Below, piece by piece: positions 28,341-39,842 of a stretch of DNA of 64,000 nt. Position numbers and translations under genes: made by a program. The stretch spans positions 23,175-87,174 of the forward strand of contig CAZQKI010000001.1 of assembly GCA_964592855.1 (NCBI GenBank), in the 5' to 3' direction. This DNA comes from an uncultured Lentisphaerales bacterium. GTDB lineage: Bacteria; Verrucomicrobiota; Kiritimatiellia; RFP12; JAAYLN01. The first letter of the stretch is position 1. Every line of letters starts with the position of its first letter. The notes beneath the pieces were generated by a model, which was not told where the DNA came from, made no database searches, and saw nothing but the letters and a program-made list of their open reading frames with translations.

Positions 28341-28919
28341 TCACTTGACCAGGCCGCTAAAGCCCATGAAGGCCAGGCTCAACAGCCCCGCCGTCACCAG
28401 GGCGATGGCGACGCCGCGGAAGGCGCGAGGCGGGTCGGACCGGTCGATCTTCTCCCGCAGCCCCGTGAAGATCGATAGCGCCAGCGCAAAACCAAGCCCG
28501 GCGGAAAAGGAAAAAAGCACGGACTCGAAAAAGCCGCCGTTGCGCTTGACGTTCATGACGGCCACGCCGAGCACGGCGCAGTTGGTCGTGATGAGCGGCA
28601 GGTAGATGCCCAGTGCGGCGTGCAGCGGGGGAACGAAGCGCTTGAGCAGCAGTTCGACCAGTTGGACGAAGGTGGCGATCACCAGGATGAAGACGATGGT
28701 TTCAAGGTATTCGAGGTGGGCCGGGACGAGCACGTAATGATCGAGGCACCAGGTCACGGCGGCGGCGCAGGTCATGACAAAAATCACCGCGCCGGACATG
28801 CCGAGCGATGTTTCCAGCCGTTTGGACACGCCGAGAAAAGGGCAGATGCCGAGAAAACGGTTGAGCACGAAATTGTTGACGAGGATCGCGCCAATGACGA
28901 GGAGTAGGGTTGATGTCAT
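28341..28919 (-). CDS. rnfA: Rnf complex subunit A
   Basis: Near-collinear match to RnfA (..LVNNFVLNRFLGICPFLGVSKRLETSLGM.., ..LPLITTNCAVLGVA.., ..ALVTAGLLSLAFMGFSGLVK). Start trimmed to MTSTLLL (ATG at 28917-28919). Confidence 0.85.
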   Translation of the reverse strand: MTSTLLLVIGAILVNNFVLNRFLGICPFLGVSKRLETSLGMSGAVIFVMTCAAAVTWCLDHYVLVPAHLEYLETIVFILVIATFVQLVELLLKRFVPPLHAALGIYLPLITTNCAVLGVAVMNVKRNGGFFESVLFSFSAGLGFALALSIFTGLREKIDRSDPPRAFRGVAIALVTAGLLSLAFMGFSGLVK

Positions 28920-29092
28920 GGTTGTTTTCGAGTGGAAACGATTTGTCAAAAAGCAGTTTTGTATTTTACGCCAAGGCCTGTGAGAATGCAAGGATCGTTG
29001 CAGTGCGAAATTTTCCGGGCATTTCGTGGTTCTCGTCAATTATTTGGTCCATTTCGCGGTCCATTCCGCTCGGTTCATTTCATAAATTGCTG

Positions 29093-29121
29093 TTGGATAT
29101 GGCAACGGATTCTGCTACAAT
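29093..29121 (+). promoter_or_regulatory. Candidate sigma-70-type promoter for the ompA-like gene (TTGGAT-N17-TACAAT)
   Basis: Hexamers at 29093-29098 and 29116-29121 with 17-bp spacing, about 36 bp upstream of the ATG at 29157, in an unusually AT-rich divergent intergenic region. Confidence 0.35.
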
Positions 29122-29156
29122 CACCCCGCTTTCACGTTGATCCTGGAGTTAATAAA

Positions 29157-30461
29157 ATGAAATCGAGCGATTATTGCACGCACACAATAAAGGTCCTGCT
29201 GCTAGCCGCAACCTGCTTGACGGCCCAACTGCATGCCGAGGATGAGGATTACGCCCGCTGGTACTTCAGCCCCGGGGCTGGTTTTTACCTGACCGAAGGG
29301 GATGAACCGGTTGAGGACGGGTTCATCCTGAACGCCCGTTTGGGCTATGACTACAACGAATGGTGGAGTCTTGAGGGCGGACTGCTGCTCGCTCCGAGTT
29401 TGGACGAACAATTCTATCCTGCGGAATACGGCGGCCACTCCTGCGTGGACGACAAACCGGGGGAGCGGTTCGGCAGCACCTGGATGGCCACCATCTACGG
29501 TGACGCGCTTTTCCACTTCACGCGCTGGGAGCGGCTGGACCCCTATCTCGCCGGCGGCCTGGGCTTCATCCTCTATGGAGATGACGTCCTGGATCATGGC
29601 GAGTCGAGTTCCGCTTTCGTGCTGCGCGCGGGTGCCGGACTCATGTACCATTTCAACGACGCCTGGGCCTTTCGGACCGATTGGCGCCTGCTCCTGACCT
29701 CGGACAACACCGAGTTCAACACGGTTGCCGACGTAGGCGTCGTCTGGACCTGGGGCGCCGGTGTTCCGCCGGACATCCTGGCGACGGACGGTCCGATCGA
29801 CAGCGATGGCGACGGCCTCGCGGACGATCACGAGCGTCGCATCGGCACGGATCCCTACGATCCCGACACCGACAAGGATGATTTGACCGATGGGCAGGAA
29901 GTCCTGACCTACAAGACCGATCCGCTCAATCCCGACACCGATTTCGATCTGTTGAAGGATGGCGCCGAAGTTCTGACCCACAAGACCGATCCGCTGAACC
30001 GCGACACCGATGCGGGCGGCGTCTACGACGGACATGAAGTCCTCGAAGATAATACGAACCCCCTGTACGGTCCCGACGATTTGATGATGTTCGAGCTGAA
30101 CATCAATTTCGATTACGACAAGTCGATCATCAAGCCGGTCTACTTTGATGACCTGAACAAGATTGTCAAGGTTTTGACGCGGCATCCCGAAGCCACGGCG
30201 CTGATCGAAGGGCATGCCGACCGTCTGCGGACGTCCAAGGCGGCCTACAATCGCCGTCTCTCCGAACACCGTGCCGAAGCCGTGCGCCAGTACATCGCCG
30301 GCAAGGGTGTTGGCGCCAACCGCATGCGTGCCGTCGGGTATGGTTTCGACCGTCCCAAGGCGGCGCAGAATCTGGAAACCGGAACGCCGGCCAATCGTCG
30401 CGTCGAGGTCTACATTCGCGGCATCGACCGGGCGGCCGTGCTGAATACGCTGAAGCAATAG
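29157..30461 (+). CDS. OmpA-family outer-membrane protein with thrombospondin type-3 (calcium-binding) repeats and a C-terminal OmpA/peptidoglycan-binding domain
   Basis: Signal peptide; N-terminal beta-barrel-like region; repeated D.DGDG.aDd..D.dp motifs (DSDGDGLADDHE..TDPYDPDTDKDDLTDGQE..TDPLNPDTDFD..); OmpA C-like motif (..NINFDYDKS.I..., ..ALIEGHADR.., ..NRRLSEHRAEAV..). Confidence 0.8.
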   Translation: MKSSDYCTHTIKVLLLAATCLTAQLHAEDEDYARWYFSPGAGFYLTEGDEPVEDGFILNARLGYDYNEWWSLEGGLLLAPSLDEQFYPAEYGGHSCVDDKPGERFGSTWMATIYGDALFHFTRWERLDPYLAGGLGFILYGDDVLDHGESSSAFVLRAGAGLMYHFNDAWAFRTDWRLLLTSDNTEFNTVADVGVVWTWGAGVPPDILATDGPIDSDGDGLADDHERRIGTDPYDPDTDKDDLTDGQEVLTYKTDPLNPDTDFDLLKDGAEVLTHKTDPLNRDTDAGGVYDGHEVLEDNTNPLYGPDDLMMFELNINFDYDKSIIKPVYFDDLNKIVKVLTRHPEATALIEGHADRLRTSKAAYNRRLSEHRAEAVRQYIAGKGVGANRMRAVGYGFDRPKAAQNLETGTPANRRVEVYIRGIDRAAVLNTLKQ

Positions 30462-30476
30462 CGTGTCGGACAACCC

Positions 30477-30518
30477 AAAGGCCGCGCAGGGGAAACCTTC
30501 GCGCGGCTTTTCTGTTTT
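30477..30518 (+). terminator. Rho-independent terminator after the ompA-like gene
   Basis: aaaGGCCGCGCaggggaaaccttcGCGCGGCtttTcTgTTTT: a GC-rich stem of 7 to 10 bp, a 13-nt loop, then a T tract. Confidence 0.55.
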
Positions 30519-30526
30519 CAACCCGC

Positions 30527-31657
30527 ATGAAAATTCTGCAACGCTATGTGACCAGCAGTTTTCTGGCGGCATTTCTTTTGGGAATGTTGGTTCTGACCTT
30601 CGTCCTTTCGGTGGGCTTGCTGGTCAAGGCGACAGAACTGGTCGTGCGCGGGCTGGCACCGTCGTTGGTGGCGCAGTTTCTGCTGGTCAGCATTCCGCAG
30701 TCGTTTACCTTCACGGTTCCCCTGGCGGCACTGGTCAGTGCGCTCCTGCTCTTTGGACGTCTCTCGGCCGACGGAGAGATCAGCGCAATGAAGGCCTGCG
30801 GCGTCAACATCTGGCGCGTGATGCTGCCGCTGGCCGGGCTCGGCGTGCTGATGTCCCTGCTGTCGATCTACGTCAACAACGAGATCTCGCCTCAAAGCTA
30901 TCTGGCTCGGAGAAGCCTCACGGCCATGGCCGGTTCAGGTGTCGGCTTGAAATTGCTGCAACCAGGCCATTTCATCCAGGAGTTTCCGGGAATGACTTTC
31001 TGGTTTGCGCGGCGCGAGGGCAATGAACTGTTCAATCTGCTGATCTTCGATAAATCCAAAAATAACAGCAACCGTGAGATCCGGGCCGACCGGGCGCTGG
31101 TGGAGGTCCGTGGCGAGGACATCTGGCTGGACATGCATCAGGTGCGGATCGAGCCTTTCTCCGATACGCAGCCGGGCGCGGTCACCGCTGACCGGCTGAC
31201 GCACATCATTCCCGATGCCATGAAGCCGCGGGGATACAAGCCAACCGTTGCCTCGTTCCGCTTCGACGCCTTGACGCGCAATGTCCAGGAACTTCGGGCC
31301 GAGGAGACCGCAACGGTCGTCGATGCACTGAGAAATCCAACCGAACGGGAACTGGCGCTGGCCGATGTCCGTAAGCGGCTCTCGCTGGCACGCACGGAGT
31401 TTCATCGTCGCATCGCGCTGGGGCTTGCGCCCCTCGTCTTCGTTCTGCTGGGAATGCCGCTGGGTATCCGGTCGCACCGTCGGGAGTCGAACCTCGGGAT
31501 TGCCATCAGCATGGGCGTCATGGTGCTTTACTATTCGCTGCTCATCGTGACCAAGACCCTCGCCAAGCGGCCGGAGTATTATCCGCACCTGCTGATCTGG
31601 GTTCCCACAGTCATCTGCGGCGTGCTCGCCTTCATCCTGATCCGCCAAAACCGTTAG
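30527..31657 (+). CDS. LptF/LptG-family LPS export permease (YjgP/YjgQ)
   Basis: 376 aa; N-terminal TM helices, a central periplasmic beta-jellyroll region, C-terminal TM helices; family-typical MKILQRYV... start. Confidence 0.75.
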   Translation: MKILQRYVTSSFLAAFLLGMLVLTFVLSVGLLVKATELVVRGLAPSLVAQFLLVSIPQSFTFTVPLAALVSALLLFGRLSADGEISAMKACGVNIWRVMLPLAGLGVLMSLLSIYVNNEISPQSYLARRSLTAMAGSGVGLKLLQPGHFIQEFPGMTFWFARREGNELFNLLIFDKSKNNSNREIRADRALVEVRGEDIWLDMHQVRIEPFSDTQPGAVTADRLTHIIPDAMKPRGYKPTVASFRFDALTRNVQELRAEETATVVDALRNPTERELALADVRKRLSLARTEFHRRIALGLAPLVFVLLGMPLGIRSHRRESNLGIAISMGVMVLYYSLLIVTKTLAKRPEYYPHLLIWVPTVICGVLAFILIRQNR

Positions 31658-31670
31658 TCCCGCAATGCGG

Positions 31671-32579
31671 TCAGCGGTCTTCGGCCTCGGCCCAGAGGTC
31701 GGCCAGCGTGCGGTCAAAGGGGAACCTCGGCTTCCACCCGAGCATTCTCAAACGCGAAGTGTCCAGTTCCGGCATGGCATCGGTGGGCCGGTAAAGCGAG
31801 GGATCGACGGAGACGACGGGTTCCACCGCTCCCATCGCGGCAATGCGTGCCAGCAGTTCGCCGATCTGCAGGTGCACGCCCGCCGAAATGTTGTAGATGC
31901 CGTTGATCTCGCCCTTTTGAACGAGGGTCAGATAGGCGGAGACGACATCCCGGACATCCGTGAAATCACGCTCACTCTCGAGGTTGCCGACGGCAATCGT
32001 CGCTTGCTTGCCATCGCGGAAACGGCGGATGGAGCGAATGAAGGCCGGCACCACGAATTTGGGCGACTGCCCGGGGCCTGTGTGATTGCCCGGTCGTGCG
32101 ATGATCACCGCCAATCCCTGCCGGGCGGCGCGCTCCAGAAGTGCAGTCTCCGCTTGCGCCTTGGAAATCGCGTAAGGGGATCCCGGACGCAGAGGATCGG
32201 CTTCGGTCATCGGCTCGGGACGGTACTTGTAGCCATAGACCTGGGCGCTGGAGACGAAAAGCATCCGTGCGCGGGGGGCATGGCGCAGGAGTGCGTCCGC
32301 CACATGAATCGGTCCTTTCACATTGATGGCGTTGAGCGCCGTGGGATCACGGGCCGCGTCCGGGACGAAGGCGACGCCGGCCAGGTGGATGCAGGCGTCG
32401 GGCATTAGCGCCTGCACCGCCTCGTTCACGGCGGTTGCGTCGCAGATGTCCAAGGCGCAGATCCCGGCGCCCGGATCGGCGAGCATATCCGTCAACAGGG
32501 GCTCATGCCGGTTGGCCTTGAGGACGGTTACGACATGCCGGCCCACGAAACCCGCTGCACCTGTAACCAGCACTCGCAT
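31671..32579 (-). CDS. rmd: NAD-dependent epimerase/dehydratase, probably GDP-4-dehydro-6-deoxy-D-mannose reductase (Rmd-like)
   Basis: 302-aa short-chain dehydrogenase/reductase (TGAAGFVG Rossmann motif; Y..xK active site in ..PYAISKAQAE..) with a near-collinear pattern to Pseudomonas Rmd; immediately downstream of gmd. Confidence 0.6.
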   Translation of the reverse strand: MRVLVTGAAGFVGRHVVTVLKANRHEPLLTDMLADPGAGICALDICDATAVNEAVQALMPDACIHLAGVAFVPDAARDPTALNAINVKGPIHVADALLRHAPRARMLFVSSAQVYGYKYRPEPMTEADPLRPGSPYAISKAQAETALLERAARQGLAVIIARPGNHTGPGQSPKFVVPAFIRSIRRFRDGKQATIAVGNLESERDFTDVRDVVSAYLTLVQKGEINGIYNISAGVHLQIGELLARIAAMGAVEPVVSVDPSLYRPTDAMPELDTSRLRMLGWKPRFPFDRTLADLWAEAEDR

Positions 32580-32584
32580 GGTCG

Positions 32585-34503
<1,919 letters not shown>

Positions 34504-34523
34504 CGGGCCCCCGGCGGGAAATA

Positions 34524-34565
34524 TGGAAAAGGAAAAGGCTCTCAAGAGACTTGCTCAAGAGAGCC
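34524..34565 (-). terminator. Rho-independent terminator downstream of rpsU
   Basis: On the minus strand: GGCTCTCttgagcaagtctcttGAGAGCC followed by TTTTCCTTTTCC. Confidence 0.5.
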
Positions 34566-34589
34566 CGGGCGTTCGTGCTTTCGCAAACG

Positions 34590-34787
34590 CTAGACCACTG
34601 CGCGACGGGACATGTTGCGGGAGCGGGCTCGTGCCGACTTGCGGCGCTGCTTCTCGCTGGGCTTCTCGAAATAGCGGTTGGCGCGAAGTTGCTTCATCAA
34701 ACCCTCCTTGTCGAGGATCTTCTTCAGCCGCTTTAGCCCGCGATCAACCGTCTCGCCACGTTTTAACCGGATCTGGATCACTACCAT
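34590..34787 (-). CDS. rpsU: 30S ribosomal protein S21
   Basis: 65 aa; MVVIQIRLKRGETVDRGLKRLKKILDKEGLMKQLRANRYFEKPSEKQRRK... is a typical S21. Confidence 0.9.
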   Translation of the reverse strand: MVVIQIRLKRGETVDRGLKRLKKILDKEGLMKQLRANRYFEKPSEKQRRKSARARSRNMSRRAVV

Positions 34788-34932
34788 TCACCCCCTTAGG
34801 GACAGCGTTGCAGCCTGCACGCGCAGATTCTGCCTTAGAGCTGTAAAAAGAGAATGTATCATTTAAAATGGCCGCCTGTCAAACGGCATTCTTGAAGAAT
34901 CGAAATTGGGGGTCGTCAACCTCTTGCGTTTT

Positions 34933-36681
34933 TCAGATCCGTTCGGGGGTGGCGATTCCGAGCAGGTCGAGCCCCTCGTGCAGCACCTGCGCCACAAGGG
35001 TGCAAAGATGGGCGCGGCTGTCGCGGATGGCGGCGTCGGCTTTGAGGATGGGAAAGCGCTGGTAAAAGCTGCTGTAGAGCTGCGCGAGGGCGAACAGATA
35101 GTCGGCCAGCACGCTGGGCTTGAACGCCTCGGACGCGCGGACGACGGCGGACGCATACTGCAGGATGTGGAGGGCCAGTTGCTTCTCGACCGTTTCGTCG
35201 AGGAGCAGCGGGGCGCTGCGGGGATCTTGGCCGGGGTGGGCCGCGCGGTACTTGTCCAGGAGGCTGCGGATTCGCGCGTAGGCGTACTGCAGGTAGGGGC
35301 CGGAATTGCCGTCGAGGGCGAGGGCGCGGTCCCAGGTGAAGACGATCATGTTCTGGGGGTCGTGGCTCAGGTCGGCATATTTCACCGCGCCGATGCCGAT
35401 GTCGCGGGCGAGGGATTGCTGCTGTTCGGGCGGCATTTCGGGCGAGGACTCCTGAATGATGGCGAGCGCACGGCGCTCGGCTTCGTCCAGCAGGGCTTCG
35501 AGCTTGATGACATTGCCCTGGCGTGTCGAGAAGGTCCCCTCCGGCAGACGCATCAGCCCGAACCAGACATGTTCGAGCCGCGTGGTGCAGCCGATCTTCT
35601 TGCAGACTGTGAAGAACTGCCTGAAATGGAGCTGCTGGCGCTCGTCGGTCACGTAGATGATGCGGTCGGGCTTGAACTCCTCCTCGCGGCACCGCACGGT
35701 GGCGATGTCGGTGGTGGCGTAGTTGAAGCCGCCGTCGGACTTGCGGACGATGCAGACGGGCATCCCCTCGTCCTCCAGCGGCACGACGATCGCCCCTTCG
35801 CTCGCCTTGGCCAGCCCCTGTTTTTCAAGGAGGTCGACCGTTTCCGCGAGGCGGCTGTTGTAGAAGCTCTCGCCGCGGTAGAGGTCGAAGTGGACATTCA
35901 GCCGCGTGTAGATGCGCGCGAACTCGTTCAGGCTGAGGTCGATGAACTGGCGCCACTGGGCGAGGTTCTCCGGGTCGCCCTGCTGGAGCTTGACCAGTTC
36001 GGCGCGGCAGGCGTCGATCCAGGTGGGGTCGGTCTTGGTGCGATTGTAGCTTTCGACGTAGACGCGCTCGAGTTCCTCGATGGGCGACTCCTTCAGGCGG
36101 TCGGGGTTGGCGAAGTTGCGGAAACCGAGGATGAGGATGCCGAACTGGGTGCCCCAGTCGCCGAGGTGGTTGTCGGCGATGGTCGTGTAGCCGAGGGCTT
36201 TGTAGATGCGGTAGAGGGCGTTGCCGATGATCGTCGAGCGGATGTGGCCGATGTGCATGGGCTTGGCGACATTGGGGCTCGAGTAGTCGATGATGATCGT
36301 GCGCCCCTGGCCGAGGTCGGGGAGGCCCGTGCGGGGGAGGGCGGCCACGGCGGCCAGCTGCTCCGCCAGCCAGCCGGGCGAGACGACGAGGTTGATGAAC
36401 CCGGGGCCGGCGACGGTCGCGGTGGCGATGGCGATGGCGGGGTCGGTATCGAGCGCCTCGACGATCCGGGTGGCGATGACGCGCGGCGGCAGGCGCAGCA
36501 CTTTGGAGAGCCCCATGGCGTCGTTGCATTGATAATCGCCAAACGCGGGATCGGTGGAGGGGACGACGCGGAGTCGCGTTTCGCCGCCGGCATCGCCAAA
36601 GGCCTTCTGGAAGGCGGCTTGCAGCCAGGCGGTCAACTGGGTCTCGTTGTTTTCAGGGGATGATGGCGGAATGCTTGTCAT
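34933..36681 (-). CDS. argS: Arginine--tRNA ligase
   Basis: 582 aa; class-I HIGH-type motif (..PNVAKPMHIGHIRSTIIG..), anticodon-binding DALR domain; N-terminal Arg-tRNA-synthetase additional domain. Confidence 0.9.
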   Translation of the reverse strand: MTSIPPSSPENNETQLTAWLQAAFQKAFGDAGGETRLRVVPSTDPAFGDYQCNDAMGLSKVLRLPPRVIATRIVEALDTDPAIAIATATVAGPGFINLVVSPGWLAEQLAAVAALPRTGLPDLGQGRTIIIDYSSPNVAKPMHIGHIRSTIIGNALYRIYKALGYTTIADNHLGDWGTQFGILILGFRNFANPDRLKESPIEELERVYVESYNRTKTDPTWIDACRAELVKLQQGDPENLAQWRQFIDLSLNEFARIYTRLNVHFDLYRGESFYNSRLAETVDLLEKQGLAKASEGAIVVPLEDEGMPVCIVRKSDGGFNYATTDIATVRCREEEFKPDRIIYVTDERQQLHFRQFFTVCKKIGCTTRLEHVWFGLMRLPEGTFSTRQGNVIKLEALLDEAERRALAIIQESSPEMPPEQQQSLARDIGIGAVKYADLSHDPQNMIVFTWDRALALDGNSGPYLQYAYARIRSLLDKYRAAHPGQDPRSAPLLLDETVEKQLALHILQYASAVVRASEAFKPSVLADYLFALAQLYSSFYQRFPILKADAAIRDSRAHLCTLVAQVLHEGLDLLGIATPERI

Positions 36682-36721
36682 GCGTGAAAATTAGCTTTTA
36701 CAGCGGCGAAAGGCAAGTGTT

Positions 36722-38239
36722 ATGCTTGATCGCATGCTTTACGCGATCATCTCCGATATTCATGCCAACCTCCCCGCGTGGAAATCTGTGCTGGCCGATT
36801 TGACGAGCCTGGGTGCCCAGCGCATCATCTGCCTGGGGGACGTCGTGGGCTATGGACCCCAGCCGCAGGAGGTGCTGGCCTCGTTGTACCGTCACGTGGA
36901 TGCTTTTGTCATGGGCAATCACGACGCCGTGGTTTGCGGGAAGATGACCCCCGAGCGTTTCAACAAGCAGGCCCGCGTCCTGGTGGAGTGGAGCACCGAA
37001 CAGGTTTCGCGCAAGGGGAAGGAGTTCCTGGCTGCGGCGGCGCTTTCGATTACGGGCGATGGCTTCACCTGCGTGCATGGCGAAATGGGGCAGCCCGAAG
37101 CCTTCCGCTACATCGTCGGACCGGAGGACACGCAGCAGACGTGGCAAGCGACTCCGGTCCCGATCGTTTTCGTCGGCCATACGCACCGTGCGTGCATGTT
37201 CGTCCGCGGCGCCAGCGGCGTCCCGCACCCCCTGCCGCCCGGGGATTTTGTGCTGGAGGATGGCAAGCGCTACATCGTCAATGTCGGCTCGGTCGGCTAC
37301 CCGCGCGACGGCGACCCCCGCGCGAGCTATTGTCTCTACGACACCGAGGACCAGGTCGTCCGCTTCCGACGCGTACCCTTCGACTACGAGGCGTTGCGCC
37401 TCGCGGTGCAGGCGGCGGGACTGGAAACGAAGACGATGCCGCTGCTCAACCACGATCCGCTGCAGATGCACCGGCCGGTCCGCGACCAGTTGGAGTTCGA
37501 TCCCGCCGACACCGATGCGCAGATGGCCAAGGGCGTGACGGTCTCGCGCGATCTGATGCGGCTGCGGAAGAGCAATCGCCGCTGGCGCAAGGTGGCGGTG
37601 GCGGGCATGGTCCTCGCCGCACTGATGGCGGGGGTCGCGGCGGCGTTTGCCCTGCACCGGTCCACGGTGGCCGAAACGGCCTTCCCCGACAAGCCGCTGC
37701 CGGTCCGCGAGGCCGTAGTCCCCTCGGATGTCTCCGGCAATCTTCTCCCGCCGCTTCCCTACGGCCTGTCGGGCAGGCTGGTGGCAGGGTGGCGCTACAG
37801 CTTCAATCGGCCGGACGACCAGAACCTGACGATCGAGAGCGACTTCTCGGGGCCTTCGCCACGCGTGCAGCTCGTCCATGTCAAACGCGCCCAGTTGCGT
37901 CTGGAGGCCCCCGAGTGGGTCCTCAACAACACGGCGGACGGACGGCTGCGAGCGACCATCAATGCCTGGCGCGGCGAAGACTTCGTCGGCACGGTGAAGA
38001 TCGTCGTGGTGGTGGATGAGCGCCTGGCCGCCACGGACAAGCATCCGCGCGAACGCGTCGTGTTGAACTTCGATCTGGCCTTGAACCGGAAGGCGTCCTG
38101 GGAAGAGACCAAGCGGATCATGGACATCAAGAAGCCCGCAATCTCCGGCAAGACCGAACGGGTGCGCTACCGCGTCGAGGCGGACTTCACCGGAACGCTC
38201 TCCCTCGCCGACCTCTCGCTCGTGCTGAGCAGGGAATGA
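36722..38239 (+). CDS. Metallophosphoesterase (calcineurin-like, YfcE/MJ0936-type) with a transmembrane helix and an uncharacterised C-terminal domain of about 190 aa
   Basis: N-terminal ..YAIISDIHANL.., ..LGDVVGYGP.., ..GNHD.., ..GHTH.. metallophosphatase motifs; hydrophobic helix (VAVAGMVLAALMAGVAAAFAL); the C-terminal region has no recognisable motif. Confidence 0.75.
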   Translation: MLDRMLYAIISDIHANLPAWKSVLADLTSLGAQRIICLGDVVGYGPQPQEVLASLYRHVDAFVMGNHDAVVCGKMTPERFNKQARVLVEWSTEQVSRKGKEFLAAAALSITGDGFTCVHGEMGQPEAFRYIVGPEDTQQTWQATPVPIVFVGHTHRACMFVRGASGVPHPLPPGDFVLEDGKRYIVNVGSVGYPRDGDPRASYCLYDTEDQVVRFRRVPFDYEALRLAVQAAGLETKTMPLLNHDPLQMHRPVRDQLEFDPADTDAQMAKGVTVSRDLMRLRKSNRRWRKVAVAGMVLAALMAGVAAAFALHRSTVAETAFPDKPLPVREAVVPSDVSGNLLPPLPYGLSGRLVAGWRYSFNRPDDQNLTIESDFSGPSPRVQLVHVKRAQLRLEAPEWVLNNTADGRLRATINAWRGEDFVGTVKIVVVVDERLAATDKHPRERVVLNFDLALNRKASWEETKRIMDIKKPAISGKTERVRYRVEADFTGTLSLADLSLVLSRE

Positions 38240-38314
38240 CATAATTGTGTTCCCTCGTGCGCGAAAAGGACGTAAGATGTTGTGTACTTTAATGATGGAA
38301 TCGGGAGACTGAAT

Positions 38315-38716
38315 ATGAAACGCGATAAAAGTGATGAAAGCCGTCGCTCACGGGTTGGTTTCACCTTGGTGGAACTGTTGCTGGTCGTCACGATTCTGGG
38401 CATTCTGGCCGCCGTGGTGGTAGTCAATTTCGCCGGACAGGGCGAGGAGACGCGCCGCAACACGACACGGGCCAGCATCGCGGCGATCGGCACGGCGATC
38501 CAGGCCTACGAAGTGCGGATGGGCCGCTACCCGGAGAACCTCGACGACCTGACGGTCGCCACGGAATCGATGGCCCCGTTGCTGGACAAGAGCCGCCTGG
38601 CGGACTCGTGGGGTGTGGCCTTCCAGTACAAGAAGACGGGCAAGTTCGAATTCGAAATCCGTTCGGCGGGGCCGGATGCCCAGATGAACACCGAAGATGA
38701 CATCACCAGCAAATAG
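38315..38716 (+). CDS. gspG: Type II secretion major pseudopilin GspG-like
   Basis: Prepilin N-terminus (RVGFTLVELLLVVTILGILAAVV) and GspG-like C-terminus (..AIQAYEVRMGRYPENLDDL.., ..DSWGVAFQYKKTGKFEFEIRSAGPD..). Confidence 0.8.
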   Translation: MKRDKSDESRRSRVGFTLVELLLVVTILGILAAVVVVNFAGQGEETRRNTTRASIAAIGTAIQAYEVRMGRYPENLDDLTVATESMAPLLDKSRLADSWGVAFQYKKTGKFEFEIRSAGPDAQMNTEDDITSK

Positions 38717-38785
38717 CCCGGGTCTCCGCCGGTCCGCTCCGGCAATGAACCTGGCAGAACGAACTGCCGACGCGAAAAGAGCCAG

Positions 38786-39439
38786 ATGACGTTAGTCTCG
38801 AACCGGCTGAAGCAAGGGTTCACCCTCCTTGAACTGCTGATGGTGGTGATCATTCTCGGCGTGATCACGGCCGTGCTGGTGCCTCAAATCGGTGCAGGCC
38901 TGGCCAGCACGCGGCTGGCCGCCGCGGCGCGGACGTCGATTCAGGCGGCCCGCTATGCCCGGACGATGGCGTTGCTCAATCAGGCCGAGACGGATCTGAT
39001 CCTCGGCCTGAAAAGCGGCGGGATCACGGTCATGGCCGCCGAGCGCACGGGAGAGAACGCCGTTCCCGCGGGGAGCGGCCTGCCGCAGACGACGCTCGCC
39101 GGCGATCCGGGTGCGGCGGAGAGCTCGGGAGAGACAGAGGAGGACGCAAGCCGCACCAACCGTCCCGCCGCCGTAGTGACTGCCCAGAATTTTGCCGACG
39201 AACTCAAGGCGGAATACCAATGCGAAGGGGTTCAGTTCCGCTTCCTCGGCTATGCCGACAGCCTGGATGCAAAGGACTTGCCGGTGATGGACGACGAGGC
39301 CGTGGAGGCCCGGATCCGCTTCAGGAGCAATGGCACCTGCCGTCCGTTCAAGCTCCGCGTGCTGTTCGACGAAGAGGAATGGATGGACGTTGAGTTCGAT
39401 GTGACCGGCTCCGGAAAGGTTCTGGAAGATGCGAACTGA
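38786..39439 (+). CDS. gspH: Minor pseudopilin, GspH-like
   Basis: Prepilin-type N-terminus (QGFTLLELLMVVIILGVITAV); size and order consistent with GspH. Confidence 0.6.
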   Translation: MTLVSNRLKQGFTLLELLMVVIILGVITAVLVPQIGAGLASTRLAAAARTSIQAARYARTMALLNQAETDLILGLKSGGITVMAAERTGENAVPAGSGLPQTTLAGDPGAAESSGETEEDASRTNRPAAVVTAQNFADELKAEYQCEGVQFRFLGYADSLDAKDLPVMDDEAVEARIRFRSNGTCRPFKLRVLFDEEEWMDVEFDVTGSGKVLEDAN

Positions 39440-39842
39440 CGGTCAGGGAAAATCGGGGATGACCTTGATCGAGGTCCTGCTTGCCGCAACCATTCTGGGG
39501 CTCGGACTGGTGACGCTGCTGAGTGGCATCTCGAGTTGCCTGGCCGTCATGCGTGCCTCGCGCGAGTATCAGGCGGCGCAATGGGCGCTGAGCCTTGGCG
39601 AACTGACCCACCCGATGACCGAGGTGAAGGAAATCGATGATGTGAAAGTCGATGCCGACGGAGGCCTGGTCGAAGGTTTCGTGTTTGAGCGCACCGTCGA
39701 TTCCAAAGAGGTCGCGGACGAACTGACGGACGATGGACTTTATGTTGTGCGGACACGCATCTCCTGGGGGACAGGTGGCGAAGGTCAAGCCGAAGAACTG
39801 GTGAGCTACCTCTGGCACAAGGGAGGCGGCAGCGTGAGATGA
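39429..39842 (+). CDS. gspI: Minor pseudopilin, GspI-like
   Basis: Prepilin-type N-terminus (GMTLIEVLLAATILGLGLVTLL); about 130 aa; the start may be the internal ATG at about 39459. Confidence 0.6.
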   Translation: MRTDGQGKSGMTLIEVLLAATILGLGLVTLLSGISSCLAVMRASREYQAAQWALSLGELTHPMTEVKEIDDVKVDADGGLVEGFVFERTVDSKEVADELTDDGLYVVRTRISWGTGGEGQAEELVSYLWHKGGGSVR